This document shows, in pieces, positions 8,404-17,410 of a stretch of 53,546 bases of DNA. The notes beneath the pieces were generated by a model. It saw only the letters and a list, made by a program, of their open reading frames with translations, made no database searches and was not told the DNA's origin. The translations under genes were made by a program, and so were the position numbers. Numbering within the stretch: the first letter of the stretch is position 1; each line of letters opens with the position of its first letter. Source of the stretch: Candidatus Kuenenbacteria bacterium RIFCSPHIGHO2_02_FULL_39_13 (GTDB lineage: Bacteria > Patescibacteriota > Patescibacteriia > UBA2196 > GWA2-42-15); assembly GCA_001783595.1 (NCBI GenBank), contig MFMW01000029.1:1-53546 (forward strand). The letters run 5' to 3'.

Positions 8404-9609
8404 CTAAAAGCTAGATGACATATTATACATAGGCATAATCACAGCAGCGACCATAACGCCTACGCCCAGACCCATAATAACCATAATCATTGGCTCAATC
8501 AGACTAATCAGATTAGCGACGGAAGATTCAACTTCACGGGCATAAAAATCCGTCATTCTGGAAAGCACTTCGCCCACGCGGCCTGTTTTTTCACCCACGG
8601 AAAGCATGTGGGCGATCATCGGCGGCACTTGTTTGCTTTCTAAAAAAAGAGCGGCCACGGAATTGCCATCTTCCACATTGCGGGCGGTGCGCAGAATTAA
8701 ATCTTTATAATAAGCATTGCCCACCACATCACTGACAATTTCCAATGAGGTGGTAATGAGCACGCCGCCTTCAACTAAAGTGGACATACTGCGGGTAAAT
8801 CTGACCAAATATATTTTCTGGAAAAGCCCGCCAAAAACAGGCAATTTAAGCTTGGCAAAATCCCAATATTTTTTAACCATTGGTTTTTTAAGGGCAAATT
8901 TAATAGAGACAAAAACAATAATCGCGACAATGATGATTGCCCACCAGAAGTTGACCATAAAATCACTGGTGCCGACAAGCAGCCTGGTAGCCAGAGGCAG
9001 TTCACCGCCAGTTTCGGCCAGAATGGCCGTAATTTTTGGCACGACAAAAACCATCATAATAATACCGACGCCAAAGAGGGCGCTCAAAATAAAAGCAGGG
9101 TAAATCATGGCGCCTTTGATTTTACTCATCAAGGCGTAGTCTTTCTCCTGCTCGTCAGCTAAATAATTTAAAACCTTATCCAAAGAACCGGAAGTTTCGC
9201 CGGAACGAATCATTGCCACAAAAAAGGGGCTGAATGCCTTGCCGTGACGTTCCATGGCATTAGACAGTTTTTCACCGCCGTCAACATCGTCGCCGATTTC
9301 AGAAATAATTTGCCTGAAACGGGGATTGTCTATCTGCTCGCTCAAAATGCGCAAAGACTGAACAATCGGCAGAGTGGCGGAAAACATCACGGCCAACTGG
9401 CGGGAAAACATAACTATATCTTTGGTTTTGATGCGATTTAAAAAAGGGATGTTGATGTTCAGTAAATTCTTTTTGCCTTCGCGCTCTAAAGATAAAATAA
9501 TTAAGCCTTGCTCGCTTAATGTTTTATTGGCCTCCCCTTTGTCTTGGGCTTCAATTACGCCTTCAACGACTTGGCCGTCTTTGTCTCTGGTGCGATAACG
9601 AAAAAACAT
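8404..9609 (-). CDS. pilC: type IV pilus platform protein PilC (T2SS F family)
   Basis: 401 aa with two T2SSF-like repeats and 3 TM segments. Lies next to pilB and pilT. Confidence 0.9.
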   Translation of the reverse strand: MFFRYRTRDKDGQVVEGVIEAQDKGEANKTLSEQGLIILSLEREGKKNLLNINIPFLNRIKTKDIVMFSRQLAVMFSATLPIVQSLRILSEQIDNPRFRQIISEIGDDVDGGEKLSNAMERHGKAFSPFFVAMIRSGETSGSLDKVLNYLADEQEKDYALMSKIKGAMIYPAFILSALFGVGIIMMVFVVPKITAILAETGGELPLATRLLVGTSDFMVNFWWAIIIVAIIVFVSIKFALKKPMVKKYWDFAKLKLPVFGGLFQKIYLVRFTRSMSTLVEGGVLITTSLEIVSDVVGNAYYKDLILRTARNVEDGNSVAALFLESKQVPPMIAHMLSVGEKTGRVGEVLSRMTDFYAREVESSVANLISLIEPMIMVIMGLGVGVMVAAVIMPMYNMSSSF

Positions 9610-9625
9610 AAAATAAGGTGTAGGT

Positions 9626-9707
9626 CATTGCGGTGCCTTTGGCACAACGCAATGCCCGTTAGGGCTGCTCGGAGTGAAACTATTCACTCCTCGCTTAACG
9701 CCCTAAC
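9626..9707 (-). other. two strong GC-rich stem-loops in the pilT-pilC spacer
   Basis: Hairpin 1, 9626..9654: CATTGCG-GTGCC / GGCAC-CGCAATG. Hairpin 2, 9658..9707: GTTAGGGC / GCCCTAAC enclosing GGAGTGAA / TTCACTCC. The outer stem of hairpin 2 covers the pilT stop codon. Confidence 0.6.
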
Positions 9708-10788
9708 TGGTTCTAAATTTTTGCGCCGCTGATTGAAAATTGCTTTTATTAACAGCCAATTCCAACGCGTCTTTATATTCTATCTCATTTGTTTTGACCA
9801 GTTCTAAAAGCGCCTGGTCAAGACTGCGCATGCCTTCTTCGCGTGAAGTTTGGATAACACTGGTGATTTGGCCGTAACGGCCTTCTTTAATAAGCGCGCT
9901 GCTGGCAGAATTGGCAATCAAAATTTCAGTCACGGTAATTTGCCCGCCGCCGCGACGGGGAGCCAGCTGCTGAATAACAACGGCTAGCAGAAACTCGGCC
10001 AGTAGCGCGCGAACCTTATCAGCTTCGGCATCAGGCGCTAAGGCCACTAATTTAGCTATGGCATCAGCGGCTGAATCCGCTTCAGTAATAGAAATAACTA
10101 AACGGCCGCTGGAAATTAAGTCAAAAACTGAAACCAAGACGGTATAATCTTTAATAGTTGATAAATAGACCACGTCAACATCGCTGTCTTTGCTAAAAGC
10201 AAGAGCGGCCTTAAAAGTTTCCGTGTCTCGGCCGACTTCGCGCTGGTCAACAATGCTTTTAGCTGGAGTAAGAATGAATTCAATCGGGTCTTCAATGGTC
10301 AGAATATATTTTGACTGGCGATTGTTAATATAGTTTAAGAGCGACAAAACTGTGGTGGTGCGGCCGGAACTATGATAACCGGCAACTACTAACAGCCCGC
10401 TTTTTTTAGTTAAAAGCTCAATAACTTCCTTGGTCAAACCAATGCTTTCCGGGTCGGAAATGACGTTTGGAATATAAGTGAAAATTAAAGCCAAATTATT
10501 TTTCTGGTAAAAAACATGGACTTTGAAGCGCGTGCCGCCCTGAAAAGTATAAATGGTGATAATTGATTTTTGGGCGGCGAATTTCCGCTGTTCTTCTTTG
10601 CTAAGGATTATATTCAGCGCATCGCTTAAAAAATCTTTTTGAACCACGGTTTCGCTTTCCAGGGGAATTAATTTTTGATCAAGGCGCACAATCGGCTGCG
10701 AACCAGTTTCAAGATGCAGGCGCGAAGCGCCTAATTTCACTGTTTGGCTAATGAGTTTATTTAAGATGATGTTTGATTGACTAGACAT
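9703..10788 (-). CDS. pilT: PilT-family ATPase paralogue with degenerate catalytic motifs
   Basis: 361 aa. Asp box ILTIEDPIEF is conserved. Walker A reads AGYHSSGRTT, the Walker B / catalytic Glu region reads DVVYLSTIKD, and the His box reads SGRLVISITEA. Confidence 0.8.
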   Translation of the reverse strand: MSSQSNIILNKLISQTVKLGASRLHLETGSQPIVRLDQKLIPLESETVVQKDFLSDALNIILSKEEQRKFAAQKSIITIYTFQGGTRFKVHVFYQKNNLALIFTYIPNVISDPESIGLTKEVIELLTKKSGLLVVAGYHSSGRTTTVLSLLNYINNRQSKYILTIEDPIEFILTPAKSIVDQREVGRDTETFKAALAFSKDSDVDVVYLSTIKDYTVLVSVFDLISSGRLVISITEADSAADAIAKLVALAPDAEADKVRALLAEFLLAVVIQQLAPRRGGGQITVTEILIANSASSALIKEGRYGQITSVIQTSREEGMRSLDQALLELVKTNEIEYKDALELAVNKSNFQSAAQKFRTS

Positions 10789-10794
10789 AGAAAA

Positions 10795-12534
10795 TTAATC
10801 TTTAGTGACGGTGAGCACTTCTTCCACGCTGGTTTTGCCTTCCAAGGCTTTAATTAAGCCGTCTTGCTTTAAAGTGAGCATGCCTTGTTTGATAAAAATT
10901 TCACGGATTTTGCCTAAGTCGCCGCCTGAATAAATAACGTTTTTTATCTGGTCGCTGACATCTAAAACTTCAACAATGGCCATGCGGCCTTTATAACCGG
11001 TGTGGTCGCAGTGCGGACAGCCTGCGCCTTTATAAATTTTCACAGCGCTCAAATCTTTAAGCTCGGCTGGCAGACTGATTTCGGGAATGCTTTTATAGGT
11101 TTCTTCCACTTGCGGTTTTAATGTTTTGGGCATTTCTATTTCACTTTTACAGGCAGTGCAAATGGTGCGCACCAGCCTTTGGGCAATGACAACATTTAAA
11201 GTAGAAGCCAGTAGAAAAGGCTCTATTTTCATATCAATCAAGCGGGGAATGGCGCCAAAGGCGTCATTGGTGTGCAAAGTGGAAAGGACACAATGGCCGG
11301 TAAGAGAGGCATGGATGGCCAGCTCGGCCGTTTCATTATCGCGGATTTCACCCACCATAATAATGTCTGGATCTTGACGCAAAATTGAGCGCAGACCAGA
11401 GGCAAAAGTAAATTTCACTTCCGGTCTGACTTGCGATTGATTAACGCCTTGCAAATAATATTCCACCGGGTCTTCCAGAGTAATAATATTAACGTTTTCC
11501 TGATTTAAGATTTGCAGGGCGGCGTAAAGAGTGGTTGATTTGCCAGAACCAGTCGGGCCAGTAACCAAAAACATCCCGTGCGGCTTTTTAATGTTAGCCC
11601 GCATCAAGGCTAAATTTTTTCCTTGGAAACCAAGCTCTTCCCAAGTGGAAACGCCGCTAGAAGTGTCTAAAATTCTCATCACGACTTTTTCTTGGCTGTA
11701 AAGAGGCAGGGTGGAAACGCGAAAATCAATATTTTTATTGTTAATATTTAAACGAATGCGGCCGTCTTGAGGCAGGCGCGTTTCATCAATCTTTAAATTG
11801 GACATAACCTTGATGCGGGAGATGATGGCGGCATGAATATATTTGGGTAAAACCAATGAGATCTGCAATTGGCCGTCAATCCTGTATCTGACCCTTGACT
11901 CGCCTTGGGTGGGTTCAATATGAACATCGGAAGCGCGTAATTCCACGGCGTGTTTTAAAATAACGGCCACCATTTTGGAAATGGGCGCTGACTTAATAAT
12001 GCGCTCCATTTTTCCTTCAGCGGCTTCTGCCTCCCCCTCTTCAGTAAATTTGCCATGGGCAATTCTCAAGGCTTCGCCCACCTCTGATTTTAAGCTGCCG
12101 TATTGCTGGAGAGCTTGCTGAAAACCAGCAGGAGAAGCAATATAATATTTTATTTTCAAATTTCTCCCGCGGGCAATAAAGTCTGCGGCTTCACGGGCTT
12201 TGAGATTAAGCGGATCAACCAGCGCAACATGGATGACATCGCTTTCAGCCTTGAAAACAACCATTTGATAATTTTCAGCCAGATCCTGGGGGAAGATTTG
12301 CAAAGTTTCCAAAGAAATTTTTTGATCGCCTAAAACGATATTAGACAATCCAAAAATATCGGCTTTAGCCGCGGCGATATCCTCATCAGAAATCTTTTTG
12401 CTCTTAATTAACTCTTTTTCAAACTGGGCAAGTACTGGTTCTATTTTTAATTTTTTAACTTCAACTGGCGTGATTTTGCCTTGAGCCAAAAAATATTCCA
12501 ATATTTTCTGTTTTAATTCTTCAGGCTTCTTCAT
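10795..12534 (-). CDS. pilB: type IV pilus assembly ATPase PilB
   Basis: 579 aa. Walker A GPTGSGKSTT, Asp box IITLEDPVEY, Walker B IMVGEIRD, His box TGHCVLSTLHTN, tetracysteine CTACK...CPHCDHTGY. Confidence 0.93.
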   Translation of the reverse strand: MKKPEELKQKILEYFLAQGKITPVEVKKLKIEPVLAQFEKELIKSKKISDEDIAAAKADIFGLSNIVLGDQKISLETLQIFPQDLAENYQMVVFKAESDVIHVALVDPLNLKAREAADFIARGRNLKIKYYIASPAGFQQALQQYGSLKSEVGEALRIAHGKFTEEGEAEAAEGKMERIIKSAPISKMVAVILKHAVELRASDVHIEPTQGESRVRYRIDGQLQISLVLPKYIHAAIISRIKVMSNLKIDETRLPQDGRIRLNINNKNIDFRVSTLPLYSQEKVVMRILDTSSGVSTWEELGFQGKNLALMRANIKKPHGMFLVTGPTGSGKSTTLYAALQILNQENVNIITLEDPVEYYLQGVNQSQVRPEVKFTFASGLRSILRQDPDIIMVGEIRDNETAELAIHASLTGHCVLSTLHTNDAFGAIPRLIDMKIEPFLLASTLNVVIAQRLVRTICTACKSEIEMPKTLKPQVEETYKSIPEISLPAELKDLSAVKIYKGAGCPHCDHTGYKGRMAIVEVLDVSDQIKNVIYSGGDLGKIREIFIKQGMLTLKQDGLIKALEGKTSVEEVLTVTKD

Positions 12535-12559
12535 TTATATATAAATAAGTTAATATATT

Positions 12560-12925
12560 TTATTCTCCCTCTTCTTTAACTAGCTCTGCTAATGGCGCAA
12601 AGGGGTCGGCTTTGCCCACGTTTTTGGGAATAATCGGCCAATCGCCTATCTTTTTAAGATTAGTGAATAAATCGTGTTCCACCGGCGAGCTGATTTCTTT
12701 TTCGCTCGGCTGGCTAGCCTCTTCGCCAGCGACAGGCAGTAAATAGTCAACAATGCCTTCTCCATTAAGCGGCATATTCATCATAGCAGAATCCATCTCG
12801 TTAATATTACTCCCGGAATTCTTTTGAAAAATATAAATATTACCCACAACCATGAGGATAATAATCAAAATATAGATAATTAATCTTTTTTGGGAAATTT
12901 TCGCTTTAGCCAACATATTATTCAT
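12560..12925 (-). CDS. hypothetical single-pass membrane protein (possible PilP analogue, by position only)
   Basis: 121 aa with an N-terminal TM helix. Overlaps the end of pilO by 8 nt. Confidence 0.5.
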   Translation of the reverse strand: MNNMLAKAKISQKRLIIYILIIILMVVGNIYIFQKNSGSNINEMDSAMMNMPLNGEGIVDYLLPVAGEEASQPSEKEISSPVEHDLFTNLKKIGDWPIIPKNVGKADPFAPLAELVKEEGE

Positions 12926-13541
12926 TATAGTAAGCTTTTAAAGAAAGGGTAAGACTCCCGTCAGCCGGGTCAAAAGAATAGCTGGTGATATCAAGCAGCC
13001 TTAAATTATATTCTAGGGCGCTAAAAAGCTCTTTGAGTTTGGGATAGCTTACTTCAGAAAGTTCCAGTTTAATGTCGGCATAGTTGATATTTTCTTTGGG
13101 GTCTGGCGCCGGCCCAGCTGTGGCAGAAGATGAATCAGCGCTTGCCGCGCTCACTGGCTTTTTGGTTTTTTCTAATTCAACAGTCTCAATGGAAATATTA
13201 TCAAGCGCTATGCCCAGGCTTTGAACCAAACTCTCCAAATTGACATAAAGAGAAGCTTCTTCAATCTGGTCAGGTAAAATGACGTTTATTTTATCCTTAT
13301 TAAGCGCGCTAATGTCTTGGTAATTATTAAAAATTTTTTGGTCGCTGGCAAGCAGGTCCAGATTTTGCTCCAGCTGGCTGTCCAATGAATCAAAAAAAAT
13401 TTTATCCTGCCGGTAACTGTTGTAAGCTGGCTTGATAAAAAATAAATAACCTGGTATAAGGATAAACAAAAATAAGATAAAGATTAAAATGTTAAACTTG
13501 GCCAGATAAAACGGTTTTTTATTTTTTTTAGTTGCCAACAT
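12918..13541 (-). CDS. pilO: PilO-like pilus biogenesis protein
   Basis: 207 aa with an N-terminal TM helix and a coiled-coil region. Sits downstream of pilM-pilN. Confidence 0.6.
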   Translation of the reverse strand: MLATKKNKKPFYLAKFNILIFILFLFILIPGYLFFIKPAYNSYRQDKIFFDSLDSQLEQNLDLLASDQKIFNNYQDISALNKDKINVILPDQIEEASLYVNLESLVQSLGIALDNISIETVELEKTKKPVSAASADSSSATAGPAPDPKENINYADIKLELSEVSYPKLKELFSALEYNLRLLDITSYSFDPADGSLTLSLKAYYNE

Positions 13542-13547
13542 ATAAAA

Positions 13548-14495
13548 TTAGTCTTGGTAAATAACTTTTTTATTGAGCTCAAAAGCAAAAGCAGCCTCAA
13601 CAGAGGAAACTTCATTGGTCGCCTCGTCTTTATTAATATTAATGCTCTGAACCGTCACCTTGCCGTAATCAACGTTATTTTTAAAAACAACGAGCTGCTC
13701 GGCAATATCGCGCAAGGTAAGCGCTCTTGCCTGCAAATCAATGTGATACTCATCGTCAACGTCAAGTGAGGTAAAATAAAGATTGGCCACGGTGTGTTTT
13801 TCCAAGGTGGGGAAAAATCTGCTCCAGTAAATATGGCCGTTAAAAAGAACAAAAAGCTTATTCATCTTAACTAATAACTCCCCATAATTTTTTATTTTAT
13901 CCTGCACATCATTTTTTTGCTCTTCAATTTGCCTGTTTTGCTCTGCCAGCAGGACAATGTCTTTTTCATATTGGCTAACTTTGGTGCGATAGAAAACATA
14001 AGGGCTAATAACCGTTAAAAAACCTATGATGATAATAAAAAGATAGCTGTAAAGCATCTGCTTGTCAGTTAAGAAGTGCTCTCTTTTGGGCAATAAATTG
14101 ACGTTTAGTTCATCTTCATTTTTTTGGCTGCCGGCTTTTTGCTCTTTCAATTTTGTTGCTTCAAGCGCCTGATTTTTATCTTGAATAATATGGCTAATAT
14201 GTTTTTGGGCAGCGCCAGGGTGAACGTTTTTTTTAAGAGACATAATAAACGGCGCTTGCGGCGGACGCGCAAACTTTGATTTAACGGCATTAATTAATTT
14301 ATTCAATAACGACTGCATCCGTTTTCCGTCTTGGGAATAATTGAAATGAGTATCTTTTTTAAGCTGCTTAATTTTTAATTTGTCATTTTTGTCAAGACGC
14401 AAATCTTCAGGCAAAAGATTAATCTTCTTTTCCTTTGATTCGTCTGGCAAAGAAGCCTTGGTTGATTTTGGCAAATGGTCAATGGATTCAAACAT
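13548..14495 (-). CDS. pilN: PilN-like pilus biogenesis protein with long N-terminal extension
   Basis: 315 aa. INLLPEDLR and VNLLPKREHF motifs, then a TM helix (LFIIIIGFLTVISPYVF). Directly follows pilM. Confidence 0.6.
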   Translation of the reverse strand: MFESIDHLPKSTKASLPDESKEKKINLLPEDLRLDKNDKLKIKQLKKDTHFNYSQDGKRMQSLLNKLINAVKSKFARPPQAPFIMSLKKNVHPGAAQKHISHIIQDKNQALEATKLKEQKAGSQKNEDELNVNLLPKREHFLTDKQMLYSYLFIIIIGFLTVISPYVFYRTKVSQYEKDIVLLAEQNRQIEEQKNDVQDKIKNYGELLVKMNKLFVLFNGHIYWSRFFPTLEKHTVANLYFTSLDVDDEYHIDLQARALTLRDIAEQLVVFKNNVDYGKVTVQSININKDEATNEVSSVEAAFAFELNKKVIYQD

Positions 14496-14499
14496 ATTT

Positions 14500-15711
14500 T
14501 TAGATTTCCCTCATCGCTAGACCGACTGCTACGGCAAAACGGGGGCCGAGTTCAGAGAGAACAGGTTTAAGCTCCAGGGGGTAAACAATTTTATCCCAAG
14601 GGTCGCCAATAATAACTTTAACATCAAGCAATTTTGACAGATAGCTGACTAATTCGGGCAGCCAAGCGCTGCCGCCGGTAAGAATAATTTTTTCTAAGGA
14701 CATATTATGCTTGCTTTGGGAGAGATAAATGTCAAGTGAATATTTAACCTCATTAATAATGGGGTTTAAGGTGTTTTTGATAATCTCCGGCAGATCGCTC
14801 GGACCAAGAGCGGAAAAGCCGATATCGCGTTTAAATTGCTCGGCGCGGGAAAGGTCAACGTTCAAGCTGGTCATCACCGACTTGGTAATGGCTGAACCGC
14901 CCACATCAATGCTTCTGGTAAGAATAGGGATGCTGTTGTCAATAATCGTCACGTCAGAAGAAACGGCGCCGATATCAATGATCATCACTGGAGCAGGATC
15001 GCCGGCCAGCAGCGAACGTTCAAGGGCAAAAGCTTCTGTTTCCAAACTCAAGAGATTAAGGTCGGCAGCTTTAAAAATCCTGATGTATCTTTCAACTATT
15101 TTTTTAGGGGCGGCAGTCAAAAGAACTTTAAGACTATCCCCCTTTTTTTTGTTCAGTTCCGCGGCGTCTTTTTTTTTATTTTTTTTAAACAGCTTGACAA
15201 AAGAAATTGTTTTTTTGTCGTCTCCTTCAGCGCTAGAATTATTTTTTTGGTTACTGTCTTCCTGGGCGATTTTTTCTTTTTTAAGCGCCGGCGGCTCAAG
15301 CTGTTCAAGTTTATTTTTAAGCTCAAACCGGGCAGGCACGATTTTCCAATCAAGCGTCATTTTGTCAATGGGCAAAGGGACAAATTTTTTGGCCTCCCAT
15401 TGAATAGCTTGGGCTAAATCTTTTTTATTCATCCGCGGCAAACTGATAATAGAGCTGAAAACAGAAAAGCTGGGCAGGGCGGCGATGACTCGCTTGGAAA
15501 CCATATGGCTCTTATGATAGATTGTTTTGATAATGGCCACGATTTTATCTTCCATTTCCACTGACGAAGCGCGGACAATATCAGTTGACTGCTCAACATA
15601 ACCATAGGTAATAAGAACCGCTCGACCGCCTCTGTTCTGCACTTCAACCATTTTAATGGCTGAAGTGCCAAGGTCAACACCGAGATAGCTTTTTTTATTA
15701 AATAAATCCAT
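14500..15711 (-). CDS. pilM: PilM, actin-like pilus assembly ATPase
   Basis: 403 aa. ASKHA-fold motifs GVDLGTSAIKMVEV, IDIGAVSSDVTI and ILTGGSAWLP. Carries a Lys-rich insertion. Confidence 0.85.
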   Translation of the reverse strand: MDLFNKKSYLGVDLGTSAIKMVEVQNRGGRAVLITYGYVEQSTDIVRASSVEMEDKIVAIIKTIYHKSHMVSKRVIAALPSFSVFSSIISLPRMNKKDLAQAIQWEAKKFVPLPIDKMTLDWKIVPARFELKNKLEQLEPPALKKEKIAQEDSNQKNNSSAEGDDKKTISFVKLFKKNKKKDAAELNKKKGDSLKVLLTAAPKKIVERYIRIFKAADLNLLSLETEAFALERSLLAGDPAPVMIIDIGAVSSDVTIIDNSIPILTRSIDVGGSAITKSVMTSLNVDLSRAEQFKRDIGFSALGPSDLPEIIKNTLNPIINEVKYSLDIYLSQSKHNMSLEKIILTGGSAWLPELVSYLSKLLDVKVIIGDPWDKIVYPLELKPVLSELGPRFAVAVGLAMREI

Positions 15712-15781
15712 AGTTCAATGGTTAAACAAAACCTATGTGTATATTATAACATAATAAAAGCAAAGTATAAAATACAATAAA

Positions 15782-15810
15782 TTGACTTGCCAGCGCAAAA
15801 AAGATATATT
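15782..15810 (+). promoter_or_regulatory. candidate sigma-70-type promoter for lemA-htpX
   Basis: TTGACT (15782..15787), a 17-nt spacer, TATATT (15805..15810). Confidence 0.45.
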
Positions 15811-15852
15811 TAAATTATTAGTAATTAAATTAGCAATTAAAAAAGAAAAAAT

Positions 15853-16404
15853 ATGGAAATTCTATACATTATCTTGGCCTTGGCGGCAATAATTGTATTT
15901 TGGCTGATGGCCGTATATAATGGGCTAATTCGCCTGAAAAATCGGACTGATGAGGCTTGGTCTGATATTGATGTGCAATTAAAAAGAAGGTATGATTTGA
16001 TACCAAATCTGGTGGAAACTGTTAAGGGCTACGGTAAACATGAACGAGAACTCTTTGAAAATGTAACTAAAGCAAGAACAACTGCCATGACAGCCAAGAA
16101 TATGGAAGAAAAAGGCAAGGCTGAAAATATGCTTAGCCAAACTTTGAAAAGTTTGTTTGCCGTGGCTGAAAATTATCCACAGCTAAAAGCATCGGAAAAT
16201 TTTGCCAAACTGCAAGATGAGCTGTCTGACACCGAGAACAAAATTCAAGCGGCCAGAAGATTCTATAATGGCCAAGTCAGAGATTCCAACATTAAAATCC
16301 AGGTATTCCCAAATAATATGGTTGCCGGCATGCTGAAATTCACCAAGTATGAATTTTTTGAAGCGGATGAGGATGAAAAAGAAAATGTGAAGGTAAAATT
16401 CTAA
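15853..16404 (+). CDS. lemA: LemA family protein
   Basis: 183 aa. N-terminal TM helix then YNGLIRLKNRTDEAWSDIDVQLKRRYDLIPNLVETVKGY, typical of LemA. Confidence 0.85.
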   Translation: MEILYIILALAAIIVFWLMAVYNGLIRLKNRTDEAWSDIDVQLKRRYDLIPNLVETVKGYGKHERELFENVTKARTTAMTAKNMEEKGKAENMLSQTLKSLFAVAENYPQLKASENFAKLQDELSDTENKIQAARRFYNGQVRDSNIKIQVFPNNMVAGMLKFTKYEFFEADEDEKENVKVKF

Positions 16405-16405
16405 A

Positions 16406-17305
16406 ATGTATTCCCAAATAGATTCTAACAAAAGGAAAACGGTGCTATTGATGATAATCTTCATCGCTTTTATAATTGGACTGGCTTGGCTATTTACAAG
16501 AATTTATCCGGAATACGGATACGGGCCGATTGTAATTGCCATCGTGCTAGCGATATTAATGTCAAGTGTGAGTTATTTTTCCGGAGACAAAGTGGCGCTG
16601 GCAACGGCCGGAGCCAAAGGGCCGCTTGAAAAAAATGACAATCCTTATGTTTATCGCTTGGTGGAAAATCTTTGCATTACCGCCGGCATGCCAATGCCTA
16701 AGGTCTATATTATCCAGGATGACGCTCTGAACGGTTTTGCCACTGGCCGAGATCCAAAACATGCTTCCATCGCCTTGACTCAAGGCATAATTAATCGGCT
16801 GGAAAACGAAGAACTGGAAGGAGTGATAGCCCATGAGCTGTCCCATATTAAAAATTATGACATAAGATTGATGATGATAGTTATAGTTTTGGTGGGGATT
16901 ATCGCCCTACTGGCTGATTGGCTGATGCGCATTCAATGGTATGGCGGAGGAAGAAAAAAATCATCTGGCTCCGGGGGAAATTTAGGAGCTATATTAATGA
17001 TAGTGGGAATAATCTTGGCCATCCTCTCTCCGCTGATTGCCGAGCTTATAAAACTAGCAATATCTAGAAAAAGAGAATTTTTAGCTGACGCCAACGGTGC
17101 GCTTTTAACCAGATACCCAGAAGGGCTGGCCAGGGCCTTAGAAAAAATAGCGCGAAGTGAACCGCTTAAACGGGCAAGCAATGCCACGGCTCATCTATAT
17201 ATTACCAATCCATTCGGAGCAAAGGCCAGGTCAGGCATAAAAAAATTATTCTCAACTCATCCAGCGCTGGCAGAACGGATTGTTGCCTTAAGGCAAATGG
17301 CTTAA
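16406..17305 (+). CDS. htpX: M48 family zinc metalloprotease HtpX
   Basis: 299 aa. HELSHIKNYD (HExxH) and 4 TM segments. Adjacent to lemA. Confidence 0.9.
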   Translation: MYSQIDSNKRKTVLLMIIFIAFIIGLAWLFTRIYPEYGYGPIVIAIVLAILMSSVSYFSGDKVALATAGAKGPLEKNDNPYVYRLVENLCITAGMPMPKVYIIQDDALNGFATGRDPKHASIALTQGIINRLENEELEGVIAHELSHIKNYDIRLMMIVIVLVGIIALLADWLMRIQWYGGGRKKSSGSGGNLGAILMIVGIILAILSPLIAELIKLAISRKREFLADANGALLTRYPEGLARALEKIARSEPLKRASNATAHLYITNPFGAKARSGIKKLFSTHPALAERIVALRQMA

Positions 17306-17311
17306 AAACTT

Positions 17312-17355
17312 ATTAACCCCTTATTAATAATTGGGGTTAACTTGATAATTTTAGC
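17312..17355. repeat. copy 1 of a ~45-nt hairpin element (ATTAACCCCTTATTAATAATTGGGGTTAACTT...TTTTAGC)
   Basis: 32 nt are identical to 26371..26402. Stem TTAACCCC / GGGGTTAA with an AT-palindromic loop. Confidence 0.85.
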
Positions 17356-17410
17356 CAATGATGTAAAATCACATTAGAAAAGGTATTTATTAATAATTAA
17401 TAATACAACT

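Noticed and set aside
14729-15403. 224-aa plus-strand ORF antisense to pilM
   Set aside because: It lies entirely inside the well-supported pilM gene. It has a Ser/Leu/Phe-rich low-complexity composition generated by the complement of the Lys-rich insertion. It has no start context of its own.
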